Source: Candidatus Latescibacterota bacterium
GTDB taxonomy: Bacteria > Latescibacterota > UBA2968
Length of the DNA: 64,000 bases
Reading direction: 5' to 3'
Assembly: GCA_965205975.1 (NCBI GenBank)
Contig: OZ242195.1
Location: 1,024,001 to 1,088,000, forward strand
Positions 61,818 through 64,000 of the stretch are shown piece by piece; position 1 is the first letter of the stretch; every line of letters begins with the position of its first letter. A program made the position numbers and the translations under genes. The notes under the pieces were generated by a model. The model saw only the letters and a list, made by a program, of their open reading frames with translations, was not told where the DNA came from and ran no database searches.

Positions 61818-63755
61818 TCAATCGGCTGCATCGACGTCTGTGCCCAACTGCATCTGCTCATCCCATATTCTGCGGTAGAGACCGTTTGCTGATAGCAAGT
61901 CGTCGTGTGTGCCGTTTTCGACAATTCTGCCCTCATCTAAAACGTAGATTCGGTCTGCTTTTTGAACGGTCATGAGCCTGTGGGAAACCATCACAGTGGT
62001 TCGTCCCTCCGATACGTTCCAGATTGTGTCCATGACGTGTTCTTCCGATCGAGAATCCAGGTTTGAGGTCGCTTCATCCAGAATGAAAACCGCGGGGTCT
62101 CTGATCAGGGCGCGGGCAATGCCCATTCTTTGCTTTTGTCCGCCGGATAATCTCGTTCCCTCTCCAATATCTCTTTCAAATCCCTCCGGGTGGGCGATGA
62201 CGGCGTCGTAAAGCGCGGCCATACGCGCTGCTTCCTCCACGTCTGTGTCCGAAGCCTTTAGATTTCCATACCGGATATTGTCGCGAACAGTTCCGGAAAA
62301 TAAAAAGGTGTCTTGAAGTACAACGCCGAGTTGATTGCGGTAGCTCAAGAGCCGGACGTCTTTCAGATCGCGTCCATCTACGAGAATTGATCCGGTGGTG
62401 GGATCGTAAAGCCTCAAGATGAGGTATAGCATCGAGGTCTTGCCCGAGCCGCTCGGGCCCACGAATGCGACGCGCTCTCCGGGACGGATTGTGATGTTGA
62501 TATTTTCCAGCACGGGTTGTCCCGATACGTATTCGAATCCCACATTTCTGAATTCGATTGTGCCGTTGATGGACGGCATGGTGCTCGCATCGGGCGCATC
62601 GCTTATCTGGGGGCGAACGTCGAGGGTTTGCAGGACGCGTTCGGCCTGGACGAGTTGCAGGCGAATGCTCTGGATCAGCCTGATCATTCTCTCCATCGGG
62701 CCTTCAAATTGCCGGGCGAGGAAAAACACAACACTGAATTCTCCGATGCTCAACTCCCCGGTCATGGTGTGGTAACCCACGTAGAGCCACAGCACTTTTT
62801 CAACGCCCTCAGAAAGAAACCACAGAACGCCCTGGTGCGTAAAGATATGTAGAACGCGGTACTTGATCCAGTATCTGCGGTTCTCGATAAAAGTTGACGC
62901 ATATCGGCGGGCAGACCAGCGCATGCGGCCAAAACCTTTGACGGTCTTGGTCGCGGCTATACCGTCTCTCAAGATTGACCTCAGGTACTGTGCCTGCATT
63001 CTCATGTCCCATCGGACTCTCTGAAGGCGCGTGTAGAAGTAGTGGGATAGGGCTGTGTAGGGAAAGGAATAGAGAAAAATCAGCAATGTGAGATAGGGAT
63101 CGACCAGACTGAGGATGATGCCCGTCCAGATAATCCGGTAGGCTATGGTGATCGCATTGGGAACATCGTCGGTGATCATGGTGATCAGGCCACCTCCGAC
63201 GTCAGCGGTGCTGCGATACATGTGTTCGCCGATGGGCCGACTCTGAAGAAAGCCCAGGGAAAGTTTGTGGAGGTGGTCGTAGAAGATCGTTCGCAGGTGG
63301 ATAGTGACTTTCATGTCGATATACCACCCGAGGATACGCCGTATTATCTGAGAGACATTCGAGATGACATACATCAGGAACTTGATACCAAAGACAATAA
63401 ATAAAAGCTGCAAGCGGCGATCCACTGGCAGGTCGATATTCAAGATGACGTCATCGACCAGATATCGATTTACAAAGACGCTTATCTCACGGAGCGGAAC
63501 GCCTACCATGATAAATAGCATCCCGAGGATGACTTTTGTCTTGTGGGGATACAGGTACTTAAAAAAACGCCAGAAGGTTTCCCATTCGCGGTTTGCACGT
63601 TCCTGATCTGGAGACCAGGCGGGACCTCGCCACACTTCGGGCTTTCTCTGTCGAATGTCGAGAAGTCTCATTGTCATCCTCAGGTCTTGTGAGACCTTTG
63701 TAAACTCCTGGCTTTTAGTTGTTCGCTGCAGATCGGACGTCTTCACCAACTTCAA
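61818..63755 (-). CDS. ABC exporter, fused TMD-NBD (start uncertain)
   Basis: GPSGSGKT, LSGGQKQR, ILDEATS, SHRL; shares IGEHMYR with 57251..59047. Confidence 0.9.
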   Translation of the reverse strand: MKLVKTSDLQRTTKSQEFTKVSQDLRMTMRLLDIRQRKPEVWRGPAWSPDQERANREWETFWRFFKYLYPHKTKVILGMLFIMVGVPLREISVFVNRYLVDDVILNIDLPVDRRLQLLFIVFGIKFLMYVISNVSQIIRRILGWYIDMKVTIHLRTIFYDHLHKLSLGFLQSRPIGEHMYRSTADVGGGLITMITDDVPNAITIAYRIIWTGIILSLVDPYLTLLIFLYSFPYTALSHYFYTRLQRVRWDMRMQAQYLRSILRDGIAATKTVKGFGRMRWSARRYASTFIENRRYWIKYRVLHIFTHQGVLWFLSEGVEKVLWLYVGYHTMTGELSIGEFSVVFFLARQFEGPMERMIRLIQSIRLQLVQAERVLQTLDVRPQISDAPDASTMPSINGTIEFRNVGFEYVSGQPVLENINITIRPGERVAFVGPSGSGKTSMLYLILRLYDPTTGSILVDGRDLKDVRLLSYRNQLGVVLQDTFLFSGTVRDNIRYGNLKASDTDVEEAARMAALYDAVIAHPEGFERDIGEGTRLSGGQKQRMGIARALIRDPAVFILDEATSNLDSRSEEHVMDTIWNVSEGRTTVMVSHRLMTVQKADRIYVLDEGRIVENGTHDDLLSANGLYRRIWDEQMQLGTDVDAAD

Positions 63756-63792
63756 TGTTCCCGCAAGGGATACACCTCTTTAACCTTCCTCT

Positions 63793-64000
63793 TTAATTTT
63801 TCTTCCTATTCTCGTGATCTGGATATACAGCATTGAACACACGCGTTACCACATCGGGCGATGTCCGATTCTCAAAAGCCTCCAAAACTGGATCATTGGT
63901 TTCCCGCATTTGAGCCTGTAGAATCGCCCGTATTTCATCCGCTTTTGCACTGTATTCTGGGTCGTCAATCAAGTTTTTCAAACAATTGGGGTCCTGCTCC
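63793..64000 (-). CDS. C-terminal fragment of a probable sulfatase (runs off the right edge)
   Basis: DPNCLKNLIDDPEY...L...MRETNDP resembles sulfatase C-termini. Confidence 0.5.
   Translation of the reverse strand, partial: EQDPNCLKNLIDDPEYSAKADEIRAILQAQMRETNDPVLEAFENRTSPDVVTRVFNAVYPDHENRKKN

Overview
Bacterial chromosomal window, almost fully coding: about 49 CDS and 4 tRNAs (Ala-GGC, Pro-TGG, Gln-TTG, Glu-TTC). I saw no rRNA, CRISPR array, integrase or transposase. The gene content suggests an uncultured Latescibacterota/Gemmatimonadota/Poribacteria-like marine or sponge-associated organism (inference only): several sulfatases, five Gfo/Idh/MocA oxidoreductases, two PhyH dioxygenases, two DUF6785-type membrane proteins, an internalin-like LRR lipoprotein and a heparinase II/III-like lyase. 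Housekeeping genes include ligA, alr, sbcC, sbcD, glnS and proS. Main points of interest: (1) a stand-alone ABC-ATPase plus small partner pair resembling MAD3-MAD4 of the MADS defence system, without the other MADS genes; (2) a bacterial XPB helicase and a separate motor-less protein carrying a copy of the XPB N-terminal domain (TFIIH p52-like architecture), within a co-oriented DNA-processing neighbourhood; (3) a 54-bp nested-hairpin element inserted in frame in ligA; (4) a dispersed intergenic repeat family of octamer tandems with a G-rich anchor, at three gene ends; (5) an AbiEii-type toxin-antitoxin pair coupled to a GNAT; (6) two paralogous ABC exporters and an unusual adaptor protein, split by an oppositely oriented MacB-type permease. 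All product calls come from motif recognition by eye; no database searches were run.
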